A stretch of 42,882 nucleotides of DNA from Folioceros fuciformis (lineage: Eukaryota), in assembly GCA_049999805.1 (NCBI GenBank), contig JBNGIO010005918.1:62475-105356 (forward strand). The letters are read 5' to 3'. This document shows, piece after piece, positions 24,200 to 37,890 of the stretch. Position 1 is the stretch's first letter; every line of letters starts with the position of its first letter. Both the position numbers and the translations under genes were made by a program. The notes under the pieces are model-generated. The model did no database searches. It had not been told where the DNA came from and worked only from the letters and a program-made list of their open reading frames with translations.

Positions 24200-27100
24200 A
24201 TGTCCAGTTCCGGTGGAGGTTCGGGTTCTAGTGATCCATCTCCACCACCACCCTCTTCCACCTCTGCTGCTGCCTCCTCCTCCACCATCCTCTTCTCCTC
24301 CGCCTCAGTTCCCTCAACAACCCTCCTACACTATCGAATTTAAGGAGCGGGACCGCTTCAACGGTACCAAATTCGAAGTCTGGTGTATGCGCATGACTTC
24401 TGCTCTGCAAGCTAGACACGTGTGAGGAGTTGTTAGTGGCACAGTACAGGAACCTCCCGCCCTTGCTACATAGGATAACGAAGACAAATGGCAGAACTTA
24501 AATGATGTCGCGCGTGCTTTCCTCATCAATGGGCTGGATGAAGTCCTCTTGCCTGATATTGCTTATCTACTCAAAGCCGATGAGATATGGAAACAGCTCC
24601 TCCAGACGTACGAAGCAACGACCATTCTTACCTTATGTGCAGTACGAGGGGAACTCTTCTCTCTTCGCTTGAAGGAAGGGGAAAAGGTGTCACCTTTCCT
24701 CCTTCGTTTCCGCCAACTAAGAGCCCAACTCCTCAATCTTAGTTCATCGTTTCCTGAATTGGATGCTTTTGCCCAGTTGCTTTCTTCTCTACCTCCCAGC
24801 TACCATACCTTTGTCTCTGGCTATGGTGCTTCCATACGCGCAACTGACAATGCAGTGGCTGCTGGGAAGGCCGCCCAAATCATTTTTACTGATGTAGTCG
24901 GGGCCGTGTTACAAGAAGAGCAAAGTCAAGCACACTTTGGTCAGCACGGTTGCATCAAAGTGGACAAGGTGCTCTACACAAAGGGGCGGAACTTTGATAG
25001 GGGAAAATCAAATACCTATGGAGCCGGATCATCCAAGCCTGCTCCAAACAAATGGACTAGTACTTGCAACTGGTGTGGCATTCAGGGCCACTGGGAACAA
25101 GAGTGTTGAAAGAAGAAATCAAGTGAACCACGTAAAGCTGAGAAGCCACACTGCTCGGCTAAAGCACACGTGATTGCCAAGGACAGAACTTCCTCCTCCA
25201 CTGCTGGTAAACCACCAGTGGTAATGACAGTTTGTTTCTCGTCCTCTACAGCATCCTCTCCACATAGCTAGTACCTAGACTCAGGTGCCACTTCCCACAT
25301 CTGCAATGACAAGTCGTTTTTTAGTCATTTCCAGTCATCTCAGAGGTCAGACAAAGTGCTGCGAGAGGATGAGGTTACGTGTACCGGCTTTCGCATTGAG
25401 GGCTCCAGCTCATGTCGTTTTCATCTTCATGATAGCTCAGTCCTTCACCTTGACAATGTCCTGTACGTCCCACAGATGGCTAAGCACCTTCTATCAGTTA
25501 GCCAGCTCATGTCCTTACGCATGTACAACCTACTATTTACTTCTTCTAGCTGTTTGCTTAAGAAGATTGGGGAAGGAGGTTAGGTCATAGCAAAAGGGCA
25601 TCTTGTTCACGACCTTTATCAACTAGACTTGCAGTGCATACCTATTGATACTTCTCACGTTGCCCAACTGTCACAATCTACACATGCCAGTCTTTGGCAT
25701 GCCCGTTTGGGTCATGCGAATCGTGACAAGTTGATAAAAATATCTAACCTCTCATGCTATAGAGAGCCACTTCCAAAGTGCTTCAAATCCTTGCCCCTTT
25801 GTGATGCCTACGTGATAGCCAAGCAAAAGGAGATACCTTTTCCCAAGGCTATCGCCCACCGTGCTTCCCATATTCTAGAATTAGTGCATGTGGATATTTC
25901 TGGCAAGATTCATGTTCCATCTTTGGGTGGTGCCCAACACTATCTAACAATCACTGACAATTACAATAAATATTCTTGGACTTACCCTTTACGTTTGAAG
26001 TCGAACACTTTTGGTGTTTTCCAAGAATGGCTAAAGATGGCTCAACGTTAGACTGTGTGCTTGCTCAAGTGCTTGCGCATAGACAATGGAACTGAGTTTG
26101 TGCACGGCCACTTCAACCAATATCTCCTTGACTTGGGCATTGTTAGGCAGCTGATGTACCGTACACTCATCAGCAGAACGGTGTTGCTGAATGCCGTAAT
26201 CAAACTTTGCTAGGTATGACGAGGAGTATGTTAGAATGGTATGGTCTAAGTAAAGCTTTTTGGGCAGAAGCTGTGGTGACAGCTACTTACATCCTTAACC
26301 GTATTCTAACAAGTGCTGTGGTGGGGCAAACTCCTTTTGAGGTTACGTGGCGCAGGAAACCAAGTCTGCTCCACCTTCGCGTGTTTGGCTCTCCAGCATA
26401 TGTACACATTCCAGAAGAGAAGTGCAGGAAGTTAGAAGATCGAGCAAAGCCTCTACTATTTGTCGGGTATGGGGAAGAAGCTAAGTCATATAAGCTTTAC
26501 GACACACTCATGAACATTGCTGTGTTCGCAAGGAGTTTGACTTTCAAGGAGCTCCTATGTCCAGCTAAACCTTATTTTGATTGCTTAACCCACAACTAGA
26601 AGACTGCTCCTCACATTGAGACTTTTGATTTCGATGTCCCTTCCTTGTTCTCGCAAGACGATGCTCCTTTTGTTGCACCCGTCACAGAAACATCGGATCC
26701 GAATTTAGTTATCTCACATGTGGAAGGGGATTCCTTGACAATACCTATAGCAGACGCCGTTGTAGAAGAGGCCGATAAGACTGGTGCTCCTGATTCTCCT
26801 CAACTTCCTGACCAAGTTGTGCAAGTTCTCGAGCGGGAACTTGAACATGATGATGGGGGTTGCTTGGATCACAATTCTGACTAGTCTGCTGGATCAGACA
26901 CAGGTGATTACTTGTTAAACGGACAACAAGTTGGAGTGGATACAGGTGATGATCTGCCTGTTGTTGAAGAAGAGCCTGAACCTCCAATCGAGGACCCTGT
27001 TCAACCGGTGGAACGACCTTATCCTTCTCGAATCCCTCTTCCACCTGCTCAGTGGTCCGTACCTCCTTATGCTTCCATCGATTTTCCGTATCCGAGGGCA

Positions 27101-28919
27101 AGTGTTTCTATCTCTCTAGGGGCGTCTTCTTCACAAAACCCCTGCACGCCTGACCCTATCTCCTATCAAGAGGCAATTACTGGCCCCAATAAGGATAACT
27201 GGATTCCTTCTATCTAGGATGAGTACGATTCCCTAATAAAGAATGACAATTGGGAACTCTTGCCACCTGCCAAAAGGGAGAAAAGCTGTTAGTTGCAAGT
27301 GGGTTTTCAAGCATAAGTTAAATGCTCATGGTGAAATCGCCCGCTATAAGTCTCGGCTTATTGCCCGCGTTTTCTCTCAAGTCCTTGGAATCGATTTCAC
27401 AGAGACATTCAGCCCTGTTTTCAAGACACAATCAGTTCGTATGATCCTAGCTTTGGCAGCTGCCAATGCCTCAGACTTACAACATATGGATGTATGTACC
27501 CCTTTTCTTTATGGTGAATTAGAGGAAGACATCTACATGGAGCAACTTGAGGGGTTCGTCGATCATGAACATCCAGACTAGGTTTGTCATCTCAAAAAGA
27601 CGATTTATGGTCTCAAACAGTCCGCCAGGGAATGGTACAAAACCATTGATGCTTACCTCAAGTCCATTGGTTGTCAGTAAAACCCTGGAGATGCCAACGT
27701 TTATGTTAACTTTAAGGATGGTCACCTCGTCATACTAGCCTTGTATGTTGATGACTCCATTCTAGCGTCAAAAGATCCAGGGCTGTTAGCCTGGGTCAAT
27801 GAAATGTTGCACCAAAAATTCGACATGAAAGATATTGGGGCTCTTACCTTTGTGTTGGGTGTTTAGTTGGTCCGTGATGAGGCTCAGCATACTATTATGC
27901 TCCACCATGCCAAATACATCGCTGAGACCCTTGGTCGTTTCGATTTGGATTTTGCCCAATCTGTTTCTACTCCTGGCATTTCCGATGTTAAGCTTTCCTG
28001 TGACCAGTGCCCCCAAACAAATGAGGACCGCTAGGCTATGTCTCACATTCCTTGTCGTCATGCCATTGGTTTTCTTAACTACATTAGCTGTTGGACTCTC
28101 CCTGATATACAATATGTTGTTAGCCGTGTCTCTCAATTCCTTGATGATCCTGGCCATGCCCACTAGGGTGCAGTTAAACATATCCTTCGGTATCTCAAAG
28201 GCACCATGAATCACGACTTATGCTTCTGGGGTTGAGATGCACTTACTCTTTGTGGCTATGCTGATGTTGACTGGGCCACCTGTTAGAGTAGAACCCCGTT
28301 TAGGGTTAGCTACTTATAAACGAACCAGCTGTTAGCTGTTAGTTAAATATGTTTAAGTTATATGAATGGTCATGACCCTTGAACAATTTTGTATATAAGA
28401 CACTTTGTGTATCCACAGTAAACATATATATCTTATCTTTATTCCAAGCACGTGTGTGCACATGTACATATCTTACATTGTCACCACCGATCCAGGCAAA
28501 GCATTATAGCCTACTGCTTCATGTTATCCGAAGCGGCTATCCAATGGAGCTCCAAGAAGGAAGTGTCGTTCGCTCTATTGTCTATTGAGGCTGAGTACAA
28601 AGCTTTGATGGAGGCTGCCAAGGAAGCTACCTGGGAGCATTATTTCCTACAAGGGCTCGCTTTCCTGCAGTCTCAGCCTACTCCTATCCTTTGTGATAAC
28701 AAGTCCACAATTGCCATGACTGCTAACCCTCGTTTCCACGCCCGTACTAAGCACATCGAGGTGCATCACCATTTTTTCAGGCACTCTACGGAATAGAAGC
28801 GAGTCAAAATTCAGTATGTGCCAACTGACTTAAACATAGCAAACTTGCTCACCAAATACCTGCCTGCACACAAGCATCATCTCCACATGGAGGCTATGGA
28901 CATCAAGGCCTGCTCTTAG
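24200..28919 (+). pseudogene. Disrupted copia gag-pol polyprotein
   Basis: FNGTKFEVW (gag N-terminus), zinc knuckle CNWCGIQGHWEQEC, protease YLDSGATSHIC (~25272), SLWHARLGH and LELVHVDISG (integrase), CKWVFK..YKSRLIAR and LYVDD at ~27741 (RT), YADVDWA..RTKHIEV (RNase H). Multiple in-frame stops. Confidence 0.95.
28281..28483 (+). mobile_element. Solo LTR (203 bp) of a second family inserted in the copia RNase H, with 5-bp TSD CCACC
   Basis: Starts TGTTAG.., ends ..TTGTCA, and is flanked by CCACC at 28276-28280 and 28484-28488. Removing it restores ..DWATD.. Orientation is inferred from its similarity to the start of the host LTR. Confidence 0.9.
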
Positions 28920-29384
28920 CAACAGCCTAAGTTCTATGCTGCAGGTTATGATGGATGAATATATTCTGAGAATCCAGTCGCATGACCACAATAGCTATGG
29001 AACGTTATCGCTTATCCTGTGGAAGCTGACTGGCGGTGGCTATCTTGAATTGCTTCTCCAGTGCTTCCTCTTCAGGGTTTTGAACTAATCCCTCCTCCAT
29101 TTCCCTTATGTTGAACGCGACAAAGAACTGGCATTCCCAACTCAAGAGCTGCCATCTATGCTTTGTGAGGAATCCTCGCCATTCGTTGTGGTGCTGCTGG
29201 CGTTGCATTGGCCTTCCTCGCTCTTTCCTTCTGCGTTTTCTCTGCTCCTCTTGTAGGAATTGGTACAGCAAAAACACCGCGATTGCGAAGGCACAGAACG
29301 CCAGACATTGCACAAGTGAGCAGGGCATCGTCACCGTTTACATCTCCTTTCTGACATTGCCAACGTGCTCTACTTACAGGGGCG

Positions 29385-29582
29385 TGTCTGAATAAACCCC
29401 TGTTTAGGGTTTAAACTAACCAGTTGGGGTTTAGTTAACTAAGCAGACCAGCAGTTAGTGTTGGGTTCAGTTAGGATGAAGAGACGCAACTCTACGCGAG
29501 TCTTGTATAAACGATGGGCATGTGCTCAATTATTCCATTAATTCACTCAAGCATTACATAAGTGTACTTGAGCCTTTTCTCA
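29385..29582 (+). repeat. 3' LTR of the copia element
   Basis: TG...CA, 198 bp, preceded by a purine tract and similar to 22988-23168. Confidence 0.93.
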
Positions 29583-30480
29583 AGTCGGAAGGTGTGGATG
29601 ATATCAAAGTTGCTAGTTTTGCAAGCCACAAAACATTTGGACAACAATTGTCGAGCCACCGGTGGTCTGAGGGATAAACACAAATGGGCTATCGACAGGT
29701 GGGAGGAGGTGGCAGCATAGTGCGACAAGCACAATGTTCCATGCTCTGCAAGCCAGTGCAAAAATAAATGGGACTCCCTTTCCAAGGAGTGGAAGAAGAT
29801 TAATGATTTTTGGAGGCATCCTCTCAACGGACAAAACCTGTACTAGCAATTGTCTTCAACTGAACGGAGAGATCCAAAGCTGCCCATCCAATTCGATGAG
29901 GAGGTGTTTGAAGCCATCGCACAGTGGTATGCCTCCTCACATGCGGTGGCTCCAAACAACCTATTTGATGCAAGTACGTTGCCTTCAGGTCACAACTCTA
30001 ATAGTTGGTGGTCTTTTATGAAAACTTCTGGTTATGGGCTCAGATTTCTGATGGCCAAGCTGTCTTCTAACACGCAATTGTGCTCTATACCCAGGTAAAA
30101 TTGGCAACCCATCCCCATCACGGGATGCTCCTTCCATTGCTGTTGATGATAAGTGGTCAACTGATGATAACTGGTGAGCTGATGATCAAACAACGCCGGA
30201 AGCAAGTGAATGTACGAGAGACTAGCAATCTGGGGACGACATGAATTATGGCCGAAGAAGAAAAACCAAGATGAGTGCTCAGGAGGGAGAGGACTTCTTT
30301 GCCTCTATGACTATTGGATTTGTAAAGCGTCTGCAGGAAGTGGAAGACTAAACAACCAGCAGGTATAAGGAGCAAATCCAATTCGACAAGTAAGTACATG
30401 GAGATGTCATGGCTTTGGACTGGGCCCTCATTGCTTCTCAACAATTGATGAATGAAGGAATAGTAAAGGTTTTTGCTTCA
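29583..30480 (+). pseudogene. Decayed Myb/SANT (trihelix-type) DNA-binding ORF of a PIF/Harbinger element
   Basis: Reading through stops gives ..RWEEVAA*CDKHNVPCSASQCKNKWDSLSKEWKKINDF..LSSTERRDPKLPIQFDEEVFEAI, a Myb/SANT-like domain convergent with a Harbinger transposase. The right end is approximate. Confidence 0.75.
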
Positions 30481-30551
30481 TTAGGTGAAGCCCTACATAA
30501 GATTGGGGACAAGCTGTAGTCCATTGTCCCAATTTAGGCTGTACATACACC

Positions 30552-31751
30552 CTACTCATTTGAAGCCATGTGTCGAGTCCAAAGATGTCTTGCCAAGGTC
30601 CTTCGCAGGTTTTCACTTTCTGTATTCCTATTATTCATTGGAATCGTGTTGTATCCCTTATCATGTTGTATGCTGTCATCTACAAGAGTTCTTGCAATGT
30701 CTTTTACCTCTATCAAAATGTTGTGCATATAGCAACAACACATTAGAAGTGCTACTAAATTGTGCATATCAGCCTCCAGATCATTCTGGACAAAATTTTC
30801 TATCTGATCTTTAGCTTTCTAAATGCATGTTCGACCACTATGCGAGTTGATGAGTGTTTGAAGTTAAAGTAGCTTTGCTAGCTACTCATGCCTCTGCTAG
30901 GAAATGGTGTGACAAGCCATGGCAGGGCCGGATACCCTACGTCCTCGACAATGTACTCTAACACATGCGTACCACAATTAGCTAATACACTCGCTCCTTG
31001 AAGAACTTGGCCAACCTCAGCTTTCTTATAGAATCCAGAGTTTGAAAGGATCCTCACATTATTTATTGACCCAAGAAACCCAGCAAAGACGTCAAGGAAC
31101 CTCATATCCATATCAACAATGGCTTGGATACAAACACTATAGTTATGATTTCTGTCAAAATAATCTAGAGCCAAAGTTATGGAAGGAAGCTCAATAGAAA
31201 CATGGGTAACATCAATAGCTGTGCTACAGTTAAGCAGCACTTGATGGCCTATGAATGCTACTTTAACCTATTCCATCGTTGGTCTTTGAGGCCAATAGAT
31301 ATAGTGTTTTGCTGCTCGGTTCAGAGCTTTCACAAAACCTTGTCACTTTAGATGCCATGGTCTTAGCTATGCCAAATAAGTCACCTATGGACTTCAAGGT
31401 ATCTCCCGTTGCTAGCCTCCTCATTGCTAATGGCACTTGAGTATCAACTTGCAATTTCCTGTTGGGAATGCTTTGCAACGCTGTAGGTGTTTTCCTTTCC
31501 AGGTCAGTATGGACCAAGTCACATATGTGCATAAAAGTATTAGGAGACATTCGAAGGAATGCAGCAAAGCATTCAGCATCATCAATCATAGTGGCCTCAT
31601 TGTACAATTTCCACCATATCAAACATCTTTGTTTAATGTACCACTATCCAGTAACTCTCCTCCTCCGCGTCAAGCAAGAACCTTGTACAACCGTCAACAA
31701 GAATATCATGAGCGCATTGTCTACATTGTCCTCCTTCACCTGGTCATGCAT
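30552..31751 (-). pseudogene. Decayed PIF/Harbinger DDE transposase (HARBI1-like)
   Basis: FLRMSPNTF..LATGDTLKSIGDLFGIAKTMASK (HTH); AIDVTHV, FLDVFAGFLGSINN, YIVEDVGYPALPWLVTPF, FNFKHSSTRIVVEHAF and CCYMHN. Frameshifts and stops are present; TIRs were not found. Confidence 0.9.
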
Positions 31752-33320
31752 GTGACGTTGTTGAAGGCTTCGCCTTTTTGTGCTCATGGTCTATGTTGGC
31801 AAATGGAAATTTGATGCAGGTGCGACTACTAATGGAGTGGTTATAACTGAGCAAAATGCAGCAATTCGCCTGTGCTCCTTCTTGACGATGATTCAAGAAA
31901 CAAGCAAACCTTAGGGTCGACTCTCTCACACTCGCACTACTTCGACCTCTCAAGTTACTAGCTAGAACCCTTGAGCCAAGTCAGACCATGACCTAGGATT
32001 TCAGTAAAAGTCAATAGAGGCAAACATAGACGGGGTGTCGCTCGCTACTACTTAATACAAGTATAGTGGATCGTCACTATGTTCCTCAAGTCATATTTCA
32101 AAAATACCTTGAAAACTATTTAGTGGGAAACCCACAAATTGTGAATGTATTTTTTAAACCTTATGAAGGCTAGCTTTGTAATATTCTAGAAGCTAGTTTC
32201 TTATAGTCCAAAACTATGGTTATATTATACATGAAAGACAATTCATAGTCCTTGAAGTTGTTTAGCATGGACAAAAAAACAGTCCTCGCTTTCTTTTATT
32301 TATTCGATGCTTAGTTTAGTATATCTTAAGGGCAAAAAAGCTCCAACAAATGTTGGTTAGCACCTACATTTTATTCCCTCTACACCATGAATATTAGCAA
32401 CAACAATGAATATGGACATTGTTGGGTAAGCACTTGAGTTAACCTTCTTTACGTTAAAGAACTTGAACTTTTTCATTCTTTTATGAGGACTCCTTGCCTT
32501 TTTGGTGCAAAATTGAACTCTATTTTAGTGAGCACTTAAACCGATCTCATGAGGCTACTGTGAAGGCCAAGTCTAGCCTTGCCACAGCCTAGCCGCGGGA
32601 GGATGTCGAGGCTACGATTGTGCCCTTTATTTGACTCAACAACTAAAAAGCTTAGTGCGCCAATGCCCTTTCCTCATCATGTATCAAACTGCGGCCTCAA
32701 CTAGCCAGGCCATGGCTTAGGCTTGAGCCTCCCATGGCTGCATTTGGTTGGGCCACAACCTTGGTTTGGGCTTGGATGTCCCCTAGCCACAACTACCACA
32801 AGTCGCACATTCAGCTTGAGCCTAAGCCTCCCTGGCCGCAGACAAGGTCCCTAAGCCTCGATAGGATTTCGAGGCCTCGATTTGGCTAGAAACTTAGGGT
32901 ATAGAGGGGAGGATCAACCGACACCCTTTTCTCCCCTTTGTGCTATGATACCAAATTGGGTAGGAAAAAAAATGTGGGAGTAGAATATCTCATGTTGGCA
33001 GTTTTTTCCATAGGTTACAATCGTAGCCTTGACCTCATTGGACTTAGAGGCCAATGAGATGTTAACTTTTGGTATTGTGAAAATGAGATAGTATTTTCAA
33101 GATTAGTAACTGAGTCTTTTTTTCTTCATTCACCTACATAAAAGGGGTGCTAAATAGCTTGTGTTCTTTCTGTTGCATGATGTCCTTGCGTCATAACAAA
33201 ATCATATCTCATTCCAAGCTTTGCTTGAGAGTCTAGCATAAATAAAAAAATTATAAGGCATACCCTAGAGGAAATTATAGTGTGGATTTTGCGAAGTGGA
33301 CGAGGCATTGGTTAGCCCAG

Positions 33321-33483
33321 AACTTGCCTCCTGTTGTTTATACCTTGTGGTAGTCATAAAGCTTGCCCCCTGTTGTTCTGACCTTGGGCCTGGCCCTCTA
33401 TTCTTATGACCTTGTGGCAAAGCCCCAAGCTTGCCCCCTATTATTCTGACCTTGTGCTTGCCCCCTGTTGTTATGACCTTGTG
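33321..33483. repeat. Five degenerate copies of a ~27-bp motif CTTGCCCCCTGTTGTTCTGACCTTGTG
   Basis: Visible direct repeats, two of them followed by a spacer of about 12 nt; probably a TE remnant. Confidence 0.75.
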
Positions 33484-35854
33484 ACATTAACGTAACTCGT
33501 AGAGCTACAATTATTTGCTACATATCTTATCAAGTCTTGTTACATTGCTACAAATGAATGGAATGGAACACCCTTTTTCCCCCTTGCTCAGTTGCCCACC
33601 CTGCCTTTTCGTTCCGTTATGGAAGACATTAGGAGACAATCAAATGAGTTATAAAATGGTATTTGAGACCCTTCCATGAATATGCACTCCCTCGTCCACC
33701 GATGTATACACATCGAGATGTATTGACATATGCAAAGTTAACCCTTTTTTGCTGAGTAATTTCTTACCAACATCCCTCCATGACCAATTGCAATCCCCAT
33801 GTGAAAACTCTGTTGAAAAGAATCTTATATCTCATCAAAGGCTTCCCATGGAGTTTGTGGAATGTGAACTAGAAGCACCAACATATCCTTAGCCTTCCTT
33901 ATCTAGATGAGTTTGAAAACACCTTAAGGTATTTAATGCAATTCTAGAATTATTTGAACTATCTCACAATTGTTTGTAAAAAATCCACACACAAGAAATC
34001 ATACATGAAGAAAAAGTAGGGCACTTTGTTAACGGCTACCTATTGCTGACAGAAGTAGCAAGGGCTCATTTAGTATTCACACAAATGTGGTAAGGACATT
34101 CATTTGTTCGTGACACTTCTTCATATTACTCTATTGCGCATGCTAGTAGCTGTTAGCATAAACATATCACCAAGCTTCAACTTTGATGCAAGGGAGATGT
34201 CTAGCTAACATGATTTGGATCATGGGTACAAGCTCTTGTCTTGTCACTTTTGTACTTGCCTCTTAATTGGTCTTGTTACTTTTGTGCTTGCCCCTCAAGA
34301 AAGAAAACTAGGTGCTAATATATAGGATGTTGAGGGCATCCACTCCTATGCTCTAAGCTAGGTGAGTCATGCACATATGCTCCATATGTAGTTTATGTAT
34401 CCCTAGATCCCGGGCTTCATTACTACAACAATGATCATGTGCATTGATATCTAGTAATTACTTGACAAAAACCCATCAAAACCATCTACCAACTCTTGCT
34501 TTCACTTAATAGAACATTAAATGTGGTTCACTGTACTTAGCCGAAGCAAAATACGAGGGGCTAATAATTTTCTACTGTAACTTTCTAAGCATAAATTTTA
34601 ACAATAAAAGTATATGCTGTATTTTTGTTTTTCTATCATGTATTGCTGTTAATAGGTTTGATAGCGAAAGGATACGGACGAAAGTCGAGGAAATCAAATC
34701 CGCGTGTTTCACTTCAGTTATTCGGTCTAAAAACAGTCGTTATCAGATGTCTTGGTAACAGCATAGACATTGCATATGTCGTCTGATTGGACAAGGTGGC
34801 ATGTTATGTGACGAAGATTCCCGCGCCACTGACCAGCACGCGCCTAGCCAACCAAGAGGCAGACGAGGAAAACCCTGGTTGCCAATTATAGTCGTGGAAC
34901 AGGCAAGCTACAGTCAGACCACCAGCCGGCGCCAATGGAAGGAAGAGCGAGAAGGACCCTTAGAAGCGAGATTTTCTCGCTTACTCCCAACCGATTTGCG
35001 GCAACGGTGGGAGGGATGAATCCGAACCTGCAGTGAACCTACGAGCCATAGAAAGGAGAAGGCTCGAAAATCATGCGCGAGGAAATTGAGCAAGGTTGCA
35101 GCGAATTCGAAGCGTGTCCAACGGTTGCCGAGATTGTCTCTTGACAACGCCACGTCCTAGAAACCAGAGAGCACTGGGAGAGTCAGGATTGGTACAGGTG
35201 AGAGGAAATGTTGTCAGAATTCTGCAAGCCTGTCTGGGAGAGACCTAATATTGCACAGCTTGTACGCGAGCGGCGATTACGATAAGGAATGACAAAACAG
35301 CGCTGTTTCGGCGCTGTGTAGGAAGGGCCATGGTTGGTGCATGTTATGCTCATTCAGGTGGTTGGCCTTCGTCCACGATGAGCTAAAAGAACCGCCTTTA
35401 CGAGTTCCAAAAAATCATGCAACATTGAGATGTCCGCTTTACATTTTTCGTGCCATCGTGGGGGCAACGTAGTGTATGGAGAAAAGCTGAACTTCACTCT
35501 CTTTACTTAATGGTAATCAGGACCAAATCCTTTCGTGGTCTAATCCATACAGCGCTGCTGCACGAGAAACCTTTCTCGCAGACTGATCGCAGCTCACACT
35601 CCTCTTCCACCCTAGTTTCCAGCGGCTACCTGAGGGGATGGTGTGGGCTGGCAAAAAATGTACGTACATCTCGAAATGACGACCGTCTACAGGATAGGAT
35701 AGCACAGGACTAGGGCACGCCCTGTAAGGCGAGGATGTTCAGTTTCTCCGAAGTGGAGAAGGAAAGACTTTTCCACAATGGCGGAAACTAGAGACCAAAC
35801 GACGAAGACTCAGCCAGCCCTCTTCAGATACGTTCGGGAAACGAGGATACAGTC

Positions 35855-37290
35855 TCAAGGATAAGCACTGGGATAACTGTTCCTCGTTCCATCTTCACCG
35901 TTTTGCCCCATCTTCACCGTCGGAACCCTTGACCTCTTCTTCAAGTACATGATCCAGGTGCCAACCTCCAGGATAAGGGCGATGGCAGCCAGGATACACA
36001 GAACCGCGATGTAGGCATTCCTGTAGCCGGTTTTGGGGAGCCGATTCTGCTGCAAAAGATGGAAACCGATGAAGATATTGACCACTGCCAATATGAGAGC
36101 CCCATAGCCCACGCTGTGATGATACAGGTTCCAGTAGGGTCTAATTTTATACTCCTTGCCGGGTCTCAGGACAAAAGCCAAAACCTGCACCAGCACAATC
36201 CACGCTTAGGGTGAGTACACCCAAATTCAGCATAGCAAGTGCCCCCCTAGAACACACAATTACGCGACTAGAAATAAGTCACCTGCAAAATGGAGAAGAC
36301 AAAGATGACAGTTCCTAACGAAGCATGGGTTGATGAGGTGTAAGCAGCTTCGTCTCCGAGCTTCCGTCCTAAAATCCAAGCAGCCAGCCCCAGCACGAAG
36401 CCCGACACTTGGAAGACAATGTGGGAGTAGAACCAGGCGGGGTCTGCAGCCTGGAAAGGCCTGGCGTATCTGGCGATCATGATCCCCAGAGGAATGAAAA
36501 TACCCCAGCCCACCACTGCCAAAATGGCGTGATTCTGTCAATGATGAAGACGGAAGGGTGAGCACAGCGACCGAGAAGGCATATCATGTCATGCCATGCC
36601 ATGCGTACAGGAATCTGAGATTGCAACTCGACTTACGAAGTAGAGTTGCCTGTGAGAGACTTTTCCTGCCGTGACGGCCCCGCTGGAGAGATCGATGAAA
36701 CCCTTGCCCAAAACCTGGAGCGCAGAATGCTCCAACGCTTTCCCGGAGGAGTCCAGCGACCCCGAGTTCCAGCCATGGAAGACCGAGGTAGGTGCCCAAA
36801 CAATTTGGGCATACACCTTCCCGGTAGTACCCTCAAACTCACCGTCCTTGGCAAGCACAGCCACATGTTGCGTGGTGGCAGGAGGAGTGAGGGGAAGAGA
36901 AGGATTTTGGTCGAAAAGATCGAAGGCCCCGACGGAGACAGCCCCCTGAAAGACTCGCGTGATGATGACACCAGCTCCGGGCATGAAATCTTGTTCCGAA
37001 GAGACCACCGAGGGATTGACCCCCCATGCCACCCACACGTTGTCGGCACCAGCAGCTACGGCAGTGAAGCACACCTCCAGGGTACCGTTGCTGAGGAGAT
37101 TCCAGGCGATGGTGGCCGAAAGCTCGGGGAGCACCGCGCAGATCTGAAAATTCCTGGTGACGCCGTTGACGGTGAGATTCGTGGAGCAGCTCTGAGCGAG
37201 GGCCGGCGAGGGCAAGGCGAGGAGCAGGCACAGGGCGGCGGCGACGCATACCCATCGCACGGCCACGGACATAGTGCCCGATGAATTCAT
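35855..37290 (-). CDS. DOMON + cytochrome b561 domain protein (AIR12-like CYBDOM)
   Basis: Exons 37290-36637, 36534-36283, 36184-35855. Signal peptide (..LLLALPSPALAQSC); DOMON WVAWGVNP..FMPG..LEH; b561 heme histidines in NHAILAVVGWG, WFYSH, THASLG and YWNLYHHSVGY. Confidence 0.93.
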
Positions 37291-37867
37291 GGTGGGAGCC
37301 GGACCTGGCAGGCAAGCAGAGGTGCGGTGGGTGTTGATGAAAAGCATAGATCTGGGGGAAGAAGCGGTCAGAGCAGCAGGGATAAGAAGACAGCAGCACC
37401 CGAGCTCCCTGAGCGAGCAGGTGGTCGGAGGGAGCCTCACCGATCACACACTCTACAGCCCGCTGACTCTTCCGCGGCCAAAGCTGGACTGACTTTACGG
37501 CAGTGTTGATTTGTGCTCCCTCGGCCACATTTGAAGAAGCACGGGACGGGCGCAGATGCTCCTCCCCAGTCCTGCCGGTACCCCTGGCGGCCGCTGCCTG
37601 GCAGGCGCCTGGGGCTCGGCGGATCCGCCGTACCAGGCAAGACTGCTCCCACGGCAGTCTGGAAGACGCGGTTCAAAGGAAGCCACGGCACTGGCGTGTC
37701 CCCCGCATCTCTCATCAGTGGCACTGCCCCTTTGGTGTTTCCAGGTCTTTACTGTCCCCCGACTTCGCCTTCCCGGGGTTGACCGGGACAAGACTGACCG
37801 CAGACCAGACTACGGTCCTTAGGGTTCAACCGTTCGACCTCTTCGCCTGCAATAGGAACCTGGGTCT

Positions 37868-37890
37868 TTAGGGTTTGGGCTGGACGGGCC
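37868..37890. promoter_or_regulatory. Telo-box plus site II-like motifs
   Basis: TTTAGGGTTT followed by TGGGCT and GGGCCC; a second partial TTAGGGTT lies at about 37819. Function is inferred from plant promoter motifs. Confidence 0.4.

Larger units (their letters stand above)
22988..29582 (+). mobile_element. Degenerate Ty1/copia LTR retrotransposon
   Basis: Paired LTRs of about 190-200 bp, PBS TGGTATCAGAGC at 23169, purine tract ACAGGGGCG before the 3' LTR, and gag-PR-IN-RT-RH domain order with many stops and frameshifts. Confidence 0.97.

Noticed and set aside
36646-37528. Overlapping 212-aa and 229-aa ORFs around the DOMON exon
   Set aside because: Alternative-frame or antisense ORFs in GC-rich coding DNA.
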